NCBI GenBank assembly: GCA_028277115.1 | Contig: JANQHG010000096.1 | Location: forward strand, 1 to 64,000 | Direction of reading: 5' to 3' | Origin: Azospirillaceae bacterium | Lineage (GTDB): Bacteria; Pseudomonadota; Alphaproteobacteria; Azospirillales; Azospirillaceae | DNA length: 64,000 nt | Shown here: positions 46,617 to 57,143 of the stretch, in pieces | How positions within the stretch are numbered: position 1 is the stretch's first letter | Layout of the letters: each line of letters starts with the position of its first letter | Position numbers and translations under genes: made by a program | The notes under the pieces: model-generated | The model's database searches: none | Seen by the model: the letters and a program-made list of their open reading frames with translations, nothing else | Told to the model about the DNA's origin: nothing

Positions 46617-47558
46617 ATGCACGACCTCCTCACCCTGGACGCCGGGATCGCGCTCGCCGCGGCGTCGCTGCGCCTGGCGACCCCGCTGGTGCTGGCCGCG
46701 CTGGGCGGGCTGTTGGCCGAGCGCGCGGGCATCGTCGATCTCGGGCTCGAGGGCAAGATGCTGATCGCGACGTTCGCAGCCGCCGCGGTTGCCGCGGTCA
46801 CCGGCGACCCGTGGCTCGGCCTCTTGGCGGCGATCCTGGCGGCGCAGCTGTGGGCGCTCGCCCACGGGCTGGCCAGCATCACGGTCGGCGGCAACCAGGT
46901 GGTCTCCGGCATCGCGCTCAACATCCTGGCGGTCGGGGTCACCGGCACCCTGTCGGTCGCCTGGTTCGACCTCGGCGGCCGCACCCCGACGCTGGCGCGC
47001 GACGCGCGGCTGCCGGTGGCGCCGTGGCCCGACCCGGACGCCGGCGGCCTGGCCGCCCTGATCGGCGGCCACTCCCTCTTAGTCTATGTCGCACTCGCGG
47101 CGGTGCCGCTGATCGCCTGGGGTCTTGGCCGGACCCGGCCGGGCCTGCGCCTGCGCGCGGTCGGCGAGAACCCGGACGCGGTCGATGCGGCGGGCGTGTC
47201 GGTCGTGCGGGTGCGCTATCTGGCCCTCCTGCTCGGCGGTGCCATGTGCGGCCTCGCCGGCGCGCACCTGTCGATCGGCCAGGGCGCCGGGTTCTTGCGC
47301 CTGATGACCGCGGGGTCCGGCTATCTCGCGGTCGCGGCGGTGATCTTCGGGCGCTGGAAGCCCGGTCTGACCTTGGTCGGCTGCCTGGTGTTCGCGGTCG
47401 CCGACGCCTTGCAGCTGCGGCTCCAGGGCACGATCCCGGTGCCGGCACCGCTGATCCAGGCCCTGCCTTACCTGGTCACGGTGATGGTGCTCGCCGGGCT
47501 CGGCGGGCGGATCGGCCAGCCGTCGGCGCTCGGCCAGGCGTGGCGCCGTGGCGGGTAG
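46617..47558 (+). CDS. ABC transporter permease (YufQ-like, second subunit)
   Basis: 313 aa. Multi-TM. ATG at 46617 inside a longer junk-prefixed ORF. Confidence 0.8.
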   Translation: MHDLLTLDAGIALAAASLRLATPLVLAALGGLLAERAGIVDLGLEGKMLIATFAAAAVAAVTGDPWLGLLAAILAAQLWALAHGLASITVGGNQVVSGIALNILAVGVTGTLSVAWFDLGGRTPTLARDARLPVAPWPDPDAGGLAALIGGHSLLVYVALAAVPLIAWGLGRTRPGLRLRAVGENPDAVDAAGVSVVRVRYLALLLGGAMCGLAGAHLSIGQGAGFLRLMTAGSGYLAVAAVIFGRWKPGLTLVGCLVFAVADALQLRLQGTIPVPAPLIQALPYLVTVMVLAGLGGRIGQPSALGQAWRRGG

Positions 47559-48501
47559 CCCGCCGCGCCACGGTGGCGGACACCTCCTGCTCGGGATCGC
47601 CCTTGCGGTCGCCGGCTTCGGCCTGTTCGCGGCGTCGGACGCGCTGGTCAAGTCGCTCCGGCCCGCGATCCCGGTGGCGCAGATCGTGGCGATCATTGCC
47701 GCGGTCGCGCTCGCCGTCTCGGTCACAGTCGCGGCGCTGACCGGCGGGCTCGGCCAGCTCCGCACCGACCGCCGGGCGCTCCACCTGCTGCGCGGCACGA
47801 TCACCTCGTCGATCGCCTACACCGCGTTCTTCGCGCTCGGCCGCCTGCCGCTCGCCGAGTTCTATGCGATCGTGTTTTCGGCCCCCTTGATCGTCGCGCT
47901 GTTATCGCCGCTCTTGCTCGGCGAGGCGGTCGGGCTGCGGCGCTGGCTGGTCACCCTGGTCGGCTTTTCCGGCATTTTGATCATCGTGCGCCCGGGCGGC
48001 GCCCCGCTCGGCGCCGGCACCCTGGCGGCGTTCGGCACCGCGCTGTCGTTCGGGCTCGCGATGATGATCACGCGGCGGATGGGCCCACGCGAGCCGGCGG
48101 TGTGCTACGCCGCCCACGCGCACGCCGTCGCGCTGATGATCAGCCTGGTCCAGCTGCCGGTCGTGTTCGTGCCGATGCCGCCGGCCGCGCTCGCGATCAA
48201 CGTCACGGCCGGCCTCGCCGCGGCCTGCGCGGTGTTGTGCGTCACCTGGTCGTTCCGGACCACGCCGTCGTCGATCGTGGCGCCGTTCCAATACACCCAG
48301 ATGGTCTGGGGCGTCCTGATCGGCCTGTTCGCGTTCGGCGAGTGGCCGGCCCAGCATGTCTGGCTCGGCGCCGTCGTGATCGTTGCGAGCGGCCTCTATC
48401 TCCTGATCCACGACACCCGGCAGCGGCGCGCCACGTCGGTACACGGCAGGAGCGGGTCGGGGCGCGGGCTGCTCTGCGGTCGATCGGGAGAACCCCGATG
48501 A
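47548..48501 (+). CDS. EamA/DMT-family transporter
   Basis: 10-TM pattern with two EamA repeats. GTG start overlaps the previous stop. Confidence 0.8.
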   Translation: MAGSPPRHGGGHLLLGIALAVAGFGLFAASDALVKSLRPAIPVAQIVAIIAAVALAVSVTVAALTGGLGQLRTDRRALHLLRGTITSSIAYTAFFALGRLPLAEFYAIVFSAPLIVALLSPLLLGEAVGLRRWLVTLVGFSGILIIVRPGGAPLGAGTLAAFGTALSFGLAMMITRRMGPREPAVCYAAHAHAVALMISLVQLPVVFVPMPPAALAINVTAGLAAACAVLCVTWSFRTTPSSIVAPFQYTQMVWGVLIGLFAFGEWPAQHVWLGAVVIVASGLYLLIHDTRQRRATSVHGRSGSGRGLLCGRSGEPR

Positions 48502-48709
48502 CCGCCGATGTTGGGGCGATCGGCCACAGCCCGCGGGGCAAACCGGCATCCCGTGCCGGCCGATCGCCCCAACGATTCGTAATCGTTGGGATGTAAACCG
48601 CAAAGCGCGGTGAAGATGCAACGTCGGTGTCGACGCCGGTCTGGGCAGGAGCTATAGTATCGGATCGACACCGACATCAAGTCGATGCATCGGCGGCCGG
48701 AGATCTCCA

Positions 48710-49321
48710 GTGAGCGACATCGCCGAGGTGCAGTCCCTCTACGACCGGATTTGCGGTCTGCCGGACATGGTGGTCGGCGAAATCCTTGACGGAGAGCTGG
48801 TGGTGAGCCCGCGGCCGGTGCCGCGGCACGCGCAGGTGCTGATCACCCTGGCCGGGTGGTTCGCCACCTCGGGCCTGCTCGACCGGTCGTCGCGATCCGG
48901 GTGGGTGGTTTGGCCCGAGGTGGAGCTGCACCTGGGCGATCACGTGATCGTCCCCGATCTCTCCGGTTGGCGTCTCACCCGGTTGCCGGCGCCCGATTGG
49001 TCGCGCCATCCGAGCTTGGCGCCGGACTGGGTTTGCGAAATACTGTCGCCGTCCACGGCGCGGATCGACCGCGGCATCAAGCTCGATCTCTATCACCGGT
49101 TTCAGGTCTCCCACTGCTGGTTGATCGACCCGATCCAGCGGCACCTCGACTGCCTGGCGCGCGGCGCGGCTGCCGCCGTTCGACCAAGCCGAGCTTCGGC
49201 TCGAGACTCTGTGGGGCTGGTCGCCGCACGCCTGAACCGGAGGACCGGGCGGTTGCCGCGCGCGTCGGGATCGGTCACGCTCGACCGGTTGGAGAGACCG
49301 AGACCGGAGACTTGCCGATGA
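48710..49321 (+). CDS. Uma2-family (DUF820) putative endonuclease, C-terminus possibly frameshifted
   Basis: GELVVSPRP...VPDLSGW...LAPDWVCEILSPST...KLDLY...HCWLIDP matches Uma2. The last ~60 aa are low-complexity and non-homologous-looking. Confidence 0.65.
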   Translation: MSDIAEVQSLYDRICGLPDMVVGEILDGELVVSPRPVPRHAQVLITLAGWFATSGLLDRSSRSGWVVWPEVELHLGDHVIVPDLSGWRLTRLPAPDWSRHPSLAPDWVCEILSPSTARIDRGIKLDLYHRFQVSHCWLIDPIQRHLDCLARGAAAAVRPSRASARDSVGLVAARLNRRTGRLPRASGSVTLDRLERPRPETCR

Positions 49322-50262
49322 CGAAGATGCCGAGAGTGTCTTGCCTGATCGCCGCGACGCTGGCGGTCGCTTTGGGATCGGCGGCGCGCGCCGATCAGCC
49401 AGGCCTGTGGGGCGTCTACCAGACCGTGTTCAAGGACGCCAAATACATCGATCTCACCCACGCCTTCGAACCGGACCAGGCGGTGTGGCCGGGGTTCGGC
49501 CAGGCCGTCTTCGAACCGGCGCGCGCCGGTCGGCGGATCGAGGGCTTTGTCGAGGTCGGCGACGCGTTCACTTATGAACAGCACGGCTTTGTCGCCACCG
49601 CCTATGCGCTGCCGACCGATCAGTACGGGACCCAGCTCGACCCGCCGGCGCACTGGGACGACCGCGGCGCGACGATCAGCGACCTGCCGGCGACCTACGC
49701 AATCCGGCCGCTGGTGGTGATCAACATCGCCGACCAGGTCGCCGACGACCCGGGCTATCATCTCGCCGTCGACGACGTGCTGGCCTGGGAGGCCGACCAC
49801 GGCCGGGTGCCCGCCGGGTCGGTGGTGATGGTGCGCTCGGACTGGCACAAGCGCTGGCGTGAGACCGAGCGGTTCAACCAAAAGCCGTTCCCCGGGGTCG
49901 GGCTCGACGCGCTCAAGTTCCTGCATCTGGAGCGCGCGATCCTGTTCCACGGCCACGAGCCGCTCGACACCGACACCACCCCGACGCTTGAGGGCGAGTA
50001 TTGGTTGATGCACAACCATTTCGCCCAGGCCGAAGGGGTCGCCAACCTCGACCTGGTGCCCGAGGCCGGGGCGTTGATCGTGATCGGGTTCGCAAAGCCG
50101 CTCGGCGGCACCGGCGGCTATGCCCGCTATGTCGCGGTCGCGCCGCCCGAGTGGCCGCACGGCGTCTCGGTGACCGAGGTGCCGGGCGCGCCGCTGCCGG
50201 TCCAGCCGCACCGGTTGAAGCGCGACGCCCGCGGCGTGATGCGCCCGACCCCGGTCGAGTAA
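49318..50262 (+). CDS. periplasmic cyclase-family protein (kynurenine formamidase-like fold)
   Basis: Signal peptide MTKMPRVSCLIAATLAVALGSAARA. Putative cyclase motifs (HxGTHxD-like ...HGHEPLDTDT). RBS GGAGA. Confidence 0.8.
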   Translation: MTKMPRVSCLIAATLAVALGSAARADQPGLWGVYQTVFKDAKYIDLTHAFEPDQAVWPGFGQAVFEPARAGRRIEGFVEVGDAFTYEQHGFVATAYALPTDQYGTQLDPPAHWDDRGATISDLPATYAIRPLVVINIADQVADDPGYHLAVDDVLAWEADHGRVPAGSVVMVRSDWHKRWRETERFNQKPFPGVGLDALKFLHLERAILFHGHEPLDTDTTPTLEGEYWLMHNHFAQAEGVANLDLVPEAGALIVIGFAKPLGGTGGYARYVAVAPPEWPHGVSVTEVPGAPLPVQPHRLKRDARGVMRPTPVE

Positions 50263-50307
50263 CGCCCGCCGGTCGGGTGACACCGCCCACCGCCGCGCCG
50301 GCGCGGG

Positions 50308-51093
50308 TCAGGCCGGACACACGACCGCGCCGGCGTGGCGGGTGAGCGCGGCCAGGGTCGACAGGATCACCAGATACGAGGTCCGCGCGTTGGCGGTCGG
50401 GACGTTGGCCTGGACCAGCGAGAGCCGGCCGAACGCGCCCTCGGCCTCGAGCTCGACCGTGTTGCGGCTGACCGCGGGGTCGGCGACCACCCGGACCCGC
50501 ACCGCCTCGAAGCCCGGCCCGGCGAGCGCCAGCGCCGCCGCGATGTTGGCGTTCTTCGGAAAGCGCCGCGCGATCTCGCGCGCCGTGCCCTCGGCCAGCA
50601 CGGTCTCGGCCGTCACCGCGGCGGCCTCGGGCGGCGGCAGCAAGGCCGCCGGCGGCTTGCGCTGGGTCAAGACCACCCGGTCGATCCGGTCCATCGTCGC
50701 CGCCGCGATCGCGTCGAGGCCGGCGATCGCGCCGCTCGGGCAGATCAGCCGGCTGCCGCCGGCGCGCGCCGCCGCGTGCGCGGCGTCGTACAGGGTCGGG
50801 TCGGTGAACGCCGAGACCGACAGCGCCATCAGCGACACCCCGCGGCCGAGCACCGTGGTCGCGACCGCGGCCAACACCTCGGCGCCCGCGGCCTCGACCA
50901 CCAGCCCCGGCGGGGCGGCAAGCAGATCGTCGAGCCGCGGCGACCACGCGACGCCGGCCGGCAGCGCCTCGGGACACCGCCGGGTCATCACCGCACCGAG
51001 CGACACCCCGGGCACCCGGCCCGCGACCACCGCCTCGCCGACCGCACGGCCGATCGTGCCATAGCCGATCAGCCCCAGTTCGAGCGTGTCCAA
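50308..51093 (-). CDS. L-aspartate dehydrogenase (NadX-like)
   Basis: LGLIGYGTIG N-terminal motif. AspDH C-domain. 261 aa. Confidence 0.85.
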   Translation of the reverse strand: MDTLELGLIGYGTIGRAVGEAVVAGRVPGVSLGAVMTRRCPEALPAGVAWSPRLDDLLAAPPGLVVEAAGAEVLAAVATTVLGRGVSLMALSVSAFTDPTLYDAAHAAARAGGSRLICPSGAIAGLDAIAAATMDRIDRVVLTQRKPPAALLPPPEAAAVTAETVLAEGTAREIARRFPKNANIAAALALAGPGFEAVRVRVVADPAVSRNTVELEAEGAFGRLSLVQANVPTANARTSYLVILSTLAALTRHAGAVVCPA

Positions 51094-51266
51094 GCGCGTT
51101 GCTCCCCGAACCCGACCAATGCCCGGCGTTACCGCCGGCCCCCAAACCGTAGCACGGCAGGCACGCGCCCCGCGTGCCTGCCGTGCCGCCGCCGCGAGAC
51201 GGTGCGGTGAGCGGGCAACGGTGCAGGCGGCGCCGACCGGCCTGCACGCTTTGGCGCGTGCACACC

Positions 51267-54200
51267 CTACCTCGAGGCCCCGCCCACCCCGGCGTCGGTC
51301 GCGGGTTCGGCGCCGACCCCGAGGTGCCGCTCCAGCTCGGCCAGAACCAAACCGAACCGCGACCGCACCGCGGCCAGGCGCGCCTGCACCGTCTCGGCCG
51401 GCGTCCCGTCCTCGGTCGTCTCGAGCGCATACGCCCGGTCGGCCAACGCGGCCAAGCCGAGCTGCGCCGCCGCGCCCTTCAGGCTATGGGCGCCCGCACG
51501 GATCGGACCGAGCGCCGCCGCGGTCGCCGCCGCGCCCAGGGTGTCGAGGGTCTGCCGGCCGATCACGCCGAAGCGCGCGACCAGCGACCGAAGCTCGGCG
51601 TCCGACAACTCGGCGCGCAATCCGGCCAAAGCCTCGGCGACCTCGGTCGAGGCCGGCGAACAGCGAGCCGGGCCCGCAGCCGGCCCGCAGCCGTTCGGGA
51701 CCAACCGGCCGGTCGCGATCAGACGATCGATCGCCGCGCGCAACACCGCCAGATGGACCGGCTTGGCGATGTGATCGTCCATGCCCTCGGCCAGGCAGCG
51801 GTCGCGGTCGGCGGAAAAGGCGTTGGCGGTCACCGCGACGATCGGGACCCGACTGCGCGGCGGCGGCAGCTCGCGGATCGCCCGGGTGGTCTCGTAGCCG
51901 TCGAGCTCCGGCATCTGGAGGTCCATCAGCACCAAGTCATATGGCAAGGCGCAGACCGCCCGGAACGCCTCGGCGCCGTCGCTCGCGACGTCGGCGTGGT
52001 GGCCAAGCTTCACGACCATCGACTTCAAGACCTGCTGATTGACCGGATTGTCCTCGGCGACCAGGACGCGCAGGCGCGGTCCACCCTCGTCGTCCGCGAC
52101 CGACCCGGCATCGCCGAACCGACCCGGGCCGCCGGTTCCCGACGTTCCGCGGACGCCGGCCGGCCGGGTCAACAGGCTGCGCAGGCAGTTGAACAGGGTC
52201 GAGCGCCGCACCGGCTTCAACAGCCGGGCATCGATCGCGCTGTCGGCCGACGGCAGCTCCTCGGGAAAGGTGAGACCGCTCGAGCTCAAGATCACGATCG
52301 GCACCTCGCGCCCCAGGGGGTCGGCGCGCAACCGCCAGGCGAGCTGGACCCCGGTCTCCCCCGGCATCGCATAGTCGAGCAACAGGATGTCGAACGGCCG
52401 GCCCTCGGCCGCGGCGGCGCGCATCGCGATGAACGCCTGCGAGCCGTTCGACGCCGTGCGCGCGATCATCCGCCAAGCGGTCAGTTGGCGCTCCAGCACG
52501 GTGCGGTTGATCTCGTTGTCGTCGACCACCAGGACGCGCACGGTGCGGTCGGGCACCGGCATGTCGCCCTCGGCTGCCCGGGTCAATTCGGGCCGCCGGC
52601 GCAGCGGCACCGCAAAGGTGAACCGGCTGCCGATCCCGCGGGTGCTCTCGGCCCGGATCGTGCCACCCATCATCTCGACCAGCCGACGGCAAATCGCAAG
52701 CCCGAGCCCGGTGCCGCCATAGCGCCGTGACCGCGCGCTGTCGAGTTGGGTGAAATGCGAAAACAGGCGCGGCATGTCCTCCGCTGCAATACCGATCCCG
52801 GTGTCCGACACCACGAAGTCGATCCAGTTGGTCCGCCCGTTGGCGTCGCCCAGCGTCACCTCGACCGAGATCGTCCCCTGGTGGGTGAACTTGATCGCGT
52901 TGCCGAGCAGGTTGAGCAAAATCTGACGGATCCGCCCGAAGTCGCCAGAGTAATAGCCGTCGGCCTCCGGCGCGACGAACACGGTCAGCTCCAACTCCTT
53001 CTGGTGCGCCCGGCTGGCGACGATGTCGGCGGTGTTTTCGACCAGGGCGGCGAGGTCGAAATCGGTCGTCTCGAGCTCCATCCGCCCCGCCTCGATCTTG
53101 GAGAAATCGAGGATGTCGTTGATCACCGACAACAGGGCCTCGCCCGACTGGCGGACCGTGTCGACCATCATCCGCTGCTCGTCGTCGAGCCGGGTGTCGG
53201 CGAGCAGCCCGGCCATCCCGATCACGCCGTTCAGCGGGGTCCGGATCTCGTGGCTCATCATCGCCAGGAAATCCGACTTGGCGTGGTTGGCCCGTTCGGC
53301 TTCGGTCCGGGCCGCGGCCAGGCGTTTTTCGGTTTCCTTGCGCTCGGAAATGTCGTGGATCTCGGTCAGGCGCGCCGACGCGCCGGCGAACGGGATCCGG
53401 CAGGTCCTAATCTCGATCGGATAGACCGCACCGTCACCGCGGACGCCGCGGGCATCGAACACCACCTGATCGTCGCCGACCGCTATTTCGTCGAACCGCG
53501 TGCGGTCGTCGGGCGCGATCAGATCGCGCACCGACCGGCCGAGCAGCCGGTCGCGTCTGCGCCCGGTGGTGCGTGACAAGGCCGGATTGATCTCGAGAAT
53601 CCGGCCGTCCTCGTCGTGGATCGCGATCGCGGTGAGCGACGCCGAGTGCAACGCCCGAAACCGCGCCTCGCTCTCGGTCAACGCGCGCTCGGCGCGCCGT
53701 TTGGCGCGCAGATTGGCGAGAAACGCGTTGAACGCCCGCGACAAATCGCCGATTTCGTCGCCGCCGTGCTCATCGAGACGCGGCTCGGTCTCGACATCGC
53801 CGGTCCCAAGCGTCTTGAAACTCGCGATCACCTGGCGGATCGGCGCGATCACCCGCCGGCTGACGAACGACATCGCAAGCCCGAGCAGGATCACGCAGAT
53901 CGCCAGGATCAGCCCGGTGATCCAGCCGATCCGTGCGGTCTCGTCGCTGATCACCCGCGCCGGCACCAAGGTCGCGACCCGCCAGCCGCGCCGGGTCGCC
54001 GCGACCGCGACCAGTTGGCGTTCGCCGTCGAGTCGCGCCATCACCGATCCGTCCGGCCGGGCGAGCGCGGCGACCAACGCCGGCGGCGCCGGGGCACCGA
54101 TCCGCGCGGTGTCCGGGTGGTAGACCAGACGGTCGCGGTCATCGACGATCACGAACCGGTCGGTGCCGCCGGTCCCCAGCCAGGTCAGATGGTCGGCAAA

Positions 54201-54833
54201 CCACGACGGCCGCAGGTTGACCACCAGATGGCCGGTGATCCTCTCCTCGATCGCCGCGGCGTCGAACCGCTTGAACGGCTTGGTCACTGCGACCACGGTG
54301 GCGACCGCCGAGCGGGCATTGAAGTTCTCGATGATGCCGAGCCAGGTGGCACTGCCGTGCCGTCCGGGTCGGGCGCTGCGCCCCAGCACCTGGTCGACCA
54401 CCGGCTGGCGCAGCTCCGTCGCGTCGAGGGTGTCGCCGACATGAAAGCTGCCGCCGCCGGCCAGGAAGACGTCGATCGACACCAACCCCTTGATGTTGAG
54501 GTAGTTGTTAAGGACATAGCCGATCTCGGCCGCGACCGACAGCCGTTCGTAGGCGGTGAGCGTCTGGTAATCGACCTCGGTGGTGCGCTGGACCACCTCG
54601 TTGCCGGCGATGCTGCCAACCAGGCTCTCGACCTGGGTCATCTGGAGGTCGAGATAATCGCGTTGGGTCGCGACCACCCGTTCCGCCCCAAGGCGCACCT
54701 GATCCTCGAGCGTGGTGTCGAACAACAGCCATGACCACACCGCCAGCGCGGCCATCGGCACAATGCTGACCAGAACCAGGAAGGCGATCGCCTTGTGCAA
54801 GAGCGATCCGCCCCGGCGGTCGCGGTGCTGCAT
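51267..54833 (-). CDS. hybrid sensor histidine kinase with periplasmic sensor, HAMP, PAS, HisKA-HATPase, two receiver domains and C-terminal Hpt
   Basis: H-box [20 protein letters not shown]. Two REC domains ([11 protein letters not shown]..., [11 protein letters not shown]...[11 protein letters not shown]). Hpt [14 protein letters not shown] at 54833 with RBS GGGGAGA; the GTG at 54908 is an alternative. Confidence 0.9.
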   Translation of the reverse strand: MQHRDRRGGSLLHKAIAFLVLVSIVPMAALAVWSWLLFDTTLEDQVRLGAERVVATQRDYLDLQMTQVESLVGSIAGNEVVQRTTEVDYQTLTAYERLSVAAEIGYVLNNYLNIKGLVSIDVFLAGGGSFHVGDTLDATELRQPVVDQVLGRSARPGRHGSATWLGIIENFNARSAVATVVAVTKPFKRFDAAAIEERITGHLVVNLRPSWFADHLTWLGTGGTDRFVIVDDRDRLVYHPDTARIGAPAPPALVAALARPDGSVMARLDGERQLVAVAATRRGWRVATLVPARVISDETARIGWITGLILAICVILLGLAMSFVSRRVIAPIRQVIASFKTLGTGDVETEPRLDEHGGDEIGDLSRAFNAFLANLRAKRRAERALTESEARFRALHSASLTAIAIHDEDGRILEINPALSRTTGRRRDRLLGRSVRDLIAPDDRTRFDEIAVGDDQVVFDARGVRGDGAVYPIEIRTCRIPFAGASARLTEIHDISERKETEKRLAAARTEAERANHAKSDFLAMMSHEIRTPLNGVIGMAGLLADTRLDDEQRMMVDTVRQSGEALLSVINDILDFSKIEAGRMELETTDFDLAALVENTADIVASRAHQKELELTVFVAPEADGYYSGDFGRIRQILLNLLGNAIKFTHQGTISVEVTLGDANGRTNWIDFVVSDTGIGIAAEDMPRLFSHFTQLDSARSRRYGGTGLGLAICRRLVEMMGGTIRAESTRGIGSRFTFAVPLRRRPELTRAAEGDMPVPDRTVRVLVVDDNEINRTVLERQLTAWRMIARTASNGSQAFIAMRAAAAEGRPFDILLLDYAMPGETGVQLAWRLRADPLGREVPIVILSSSGLTFPEELPSADSAIDARLLKPVRRSTLFNCLRSLLTRPAGVRGTSGTGGPGRFGDAGSVADDEGGPRLRVLVAEDNPVNQQVLKSMVVKLGHHADVASDGAEAFRAVCALPYDLVLMDLQMPELDGYETTRAIRELPPPRSRVPIVAVTANAFSADRDRCLAEGMDDHIAKPVHLAVLRAAIDRLIATGRLVPNGCGPAAGPARCSPASTEVAEALAGLRAELSDAELRSLVARFGVIGRQTLDTLGAAATAAALGPIRAGAHSLKGAAAQLGLAALADRAYALETTEDGTPAETVQARLAAVRSRFGLVLAELERHLGVGAEPATDAGVGGASR

Positions 54834-54941
54834 GGTCCGAACGTCTCCCCGCGTCTGCTCTGGTACACCACGGCGGAAACAACGACATGGTTTTTTTTGG
54901 TCCGCCACGGTGTACTAATCATCTTATCGTACAGCTTGCCT

Positions 54942-54972
54942 GCGCAAATCCTGACCATGTCAGGATTTGCGC
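54942..54972. promoter_or_regulatory. perfect 14-bp inverted repeat GCGCAAATCCTGAC-cat-GTCAGGATTTGCGC between the binding-protein gene and the hybrid kinase gene
   Basis: Read directly. No flanking U/A tract. An AT-rich promoter-like segment lies immediately adjacent (54911-54940). Confidence 0.5.
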
Positions 54973-55084
54973 CGGGCTGTCCTAGCCGTCGTCGATGACT
55001 GGCACGGTCGATCCTAAAGCTCGGGCACGGGCGGGTCGGGACACCGGTGGACCTGCGGGCCGATGACGGACCGGAACCAGTGTC

Positions 55085-56086
55085 TCAGGGCACCAGGGAC
55101 TCCCGGGTTACCAGCAAGACGTCGAGCATCACGGTCTCGGGGACCGGCTTGCCGGCCAACCGGTCGACCGCATGGGCGATGCCGAGATAGCCCTGGCGGG
55201 CGGCGCGTTGATCGACCGTCGCGACCAGGCGGCCGTCGCGCAGCGCCTCTTCGGCCTCGTCGAGCGCGTCGTAGCCGGCCACCCGGACCCGGGTGCGCCC
55301 TTCGCGCGCCAAGCGCTCGAGCGCGCCGAGCGCCATCATGTCGTTGGCGGCGAACACAAGATCGAGCTCCGGGTGGCGTTCCAGCAAGCGGCCCATCACG
55401 GCGAAGGCTTCGTCGATCTTCCAGTTCGCGGTCTCGCTCGCGATCAGGGTGACGTGCGGCGCTTCGGTGAACGCGCGCACGGCGCCGCGTCGGCGCGCCT
55501 CGGCATTGGCGGCGCTGCGGATCCCCTCCAGGATCACGGCTTCGGCCGGGCCGGTCGCGGTCGCGGCGAGCCGTCGTGCCGACACGTACGCGCCGTGCTC
55601 GTTGTCCACGCTGATGAACGGCACGTCGGTCAGGCCGAGTTTTTCCGCATAGGTCGGGTCGAGCCGGTTGTCGATGTTGATCACCACGATCCCGGCGTCC
55701 TGGGCCTCTTTCAGCGGCGGGATCAGACGGACCGAATCCCCGGGCGAGATCACGATCGCATCGACTTTTTCGTGCACCAGGTCTTCGACGATTACGATCT
55801 GTTGCTCGACCGAGGTTTCCTGGGCCGCGGTGCGCACCACCACGTCGACCCCGAGCGTCGCCGCCGCGGCCCGCGCGCCGGTTTCCATTTTGAGAAAGAA
55901 CGGATTGGTCAGGGTCTTCATCACGAGCGCGATCATCGGCCGCGCCTCGGTCGACTGGTCGCCGGCCGCCGCGCCGTCGCGGGCGGCGTCGTCACACCCG
56001 ACCACGACAGCCGTCAGCAGAAAAAGTGCCGCAATCGCCGCAGGATGCGGTCTCCGGCGCGATCTCGGAAGCGAACGCGGGATCAT
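55085..56086 (-). CDS. periplasmic sugar-binding lipoprotein (RbsB-like type I PBP)
   Basis: Lipobox LTAVVVGC. ALVMKTLTNPFFLKMETGARAAAATLG...VDAIVISPGDS pattern of monosaccharide ABC binding proteins. ATG at 56086 with RBS GAGGGTGGG. Confidence 0.85.
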   Translation of the reverse strand: MIPRSLPRSRRRPHPAAIAALFLLTAVVVGCDDAARDGAAAGDQSTEARPMIALVMKTLTNPFFLKMETGARAAAATLGVDVVVRTAAQETSVEQQIVIVEDLVHEKVDAIVISPGDSVRLIPPLKEAQDAGIVVINIDNRLDPTYAEKLGLTDVPFISVDNEHGAYVSARRLAATATGPAEAVILEGIRSAANAEARRRGAVRAFTEAPHVTLIASETANWKIDEAFAVMGRLLERHPELDLVFAANDMMALGALERLAREGRTRVRVAGYDALDEAEEALRDGRLVATVDQRAARQGYLGIAHAVDRLAGKPVPETVMLDVLLVTRESLVP

Positions 56087-56530
56087 GAACTCAGTACCCA
56101 CCCTCAACCATGGATAAGCGAGTAAACGGGATCACCACGCCACCTGCAATAGGGGCTTTCGTTCGCGCGACACGTGCAAAACGCCGTGTGGCCGGACGGG
56201 TGCGAATCCCGCCCACCCGAGGTCGGCGAGACGCCGACCCGCCGCCCCGCCGGCGACCGCGGGTGTTGGCGCACTGCAACGGTGCCGAGGAAACCGGCAC
56301 GCGGACCCCCAAACCGGCTGGTTTGCCCGGTGGTTGCCTTGTTCCCGCCCCAAGCCGCCCCTAATCCTGCGATGGTTTCCAGGTCGGAGCGACGCGCCTG
56401 CGGACCCGCCCGAGGAGCAACCGAACAACGGACCCGAATGCCGGACGGGATCGGGCCCCGCGGGACGACCGCGGATGTGTTGAGGGGACGGACGCGGGAC
56501 GTCGCGACGCGGGACGAAGGAGGATGTGTG

Positions 56531-57097
56531 GTGAACGGGGTTCGTGTGACCGTTGGTGTCTTGATCGCGCTGCTGTTGGCGGCGCCGGCCGCCGCGGCCG
56601 ACAGCGAGTCGCTGTTCAGTGTCGGGGTCGGCTGGTTCGACGAGGGCGCGATCGACCCGGGGGTCGGGTTTTTCGACGCCTCCGACGATCGCGAGGAGGC
56701 CGTCGATTTCCGGCTCGAGTACCGCTTTGGGACCTCGCTGATCCCGGCGATCGAGCCGTACGCGGCGGTCAGGCCGTGGATCGGCGGCGAAGCGACCTCG
56801 GACGGCGCGCTGTACGGCGTCGGCGGCATCCTGGTCGATGTGCCGCTCGGCCCGTTCGTGTTCACGCCGAGCTTCGGGGCCGGTTTGTATTCGAACGGCT
56901 CCGGCAAGGACCTCGGCTCGCCGGTCGAGTTCCGCACCCAACTCGAGTTCGGCTACGAGTTCGAGAACAAGTCGCGGTTTTCGGTCAGTTACAGCCATAT
57001 CTCCAATGCCGGGATTTCCGACACCAACCCCGGCGCCAACATGCTCTCGGCCTACTATCATTTGCCGGCGAGTTGGTTGTTCGGATCACTTGATTGA
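56531..57097 (+). CDS. PagL-like lipid A deacylase / acyloxyacyl hydrolase family outer-membrane protein
   Basis: Signal peptide. C-terminal ...SYSHISNAGISDTNPGANML motif typical of the PagL family. GTG start with RBS AAGGAGGA. Confidence 0.6.
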   Translation: MNGVRVTVGVLIALLLAAPAAAADSESLFSVGVGWFDEGAIDPGVGFFDASDDREEAVDFRLEYRFGTSLIPAIEPYAAVRPWIGGEATSDGALYGVGGILVDVPLGPFVFTPSFGAGLYSNGSGKDLGSPVEFRTQLEFGYEFENKSRFSVSYSHISNAGISDTNPGANMLSAYYHLPASWLFGSLD

Positions 57098-57143
57098 TCG
57101 GTTCTCGACCGGTCGGCCGATGCGGGCGGCTTGCCGCACCGCC

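Noticed and set aside
56524-57093. 189-aa plus ORF starting MCGERGSCD
   Set aside because: Cys/Arg/Gly-rich implausible protein. The overlapping frame starting at GTG 56531 gives a signal-peptide-bearing PagL-like protein with a proper RBS.
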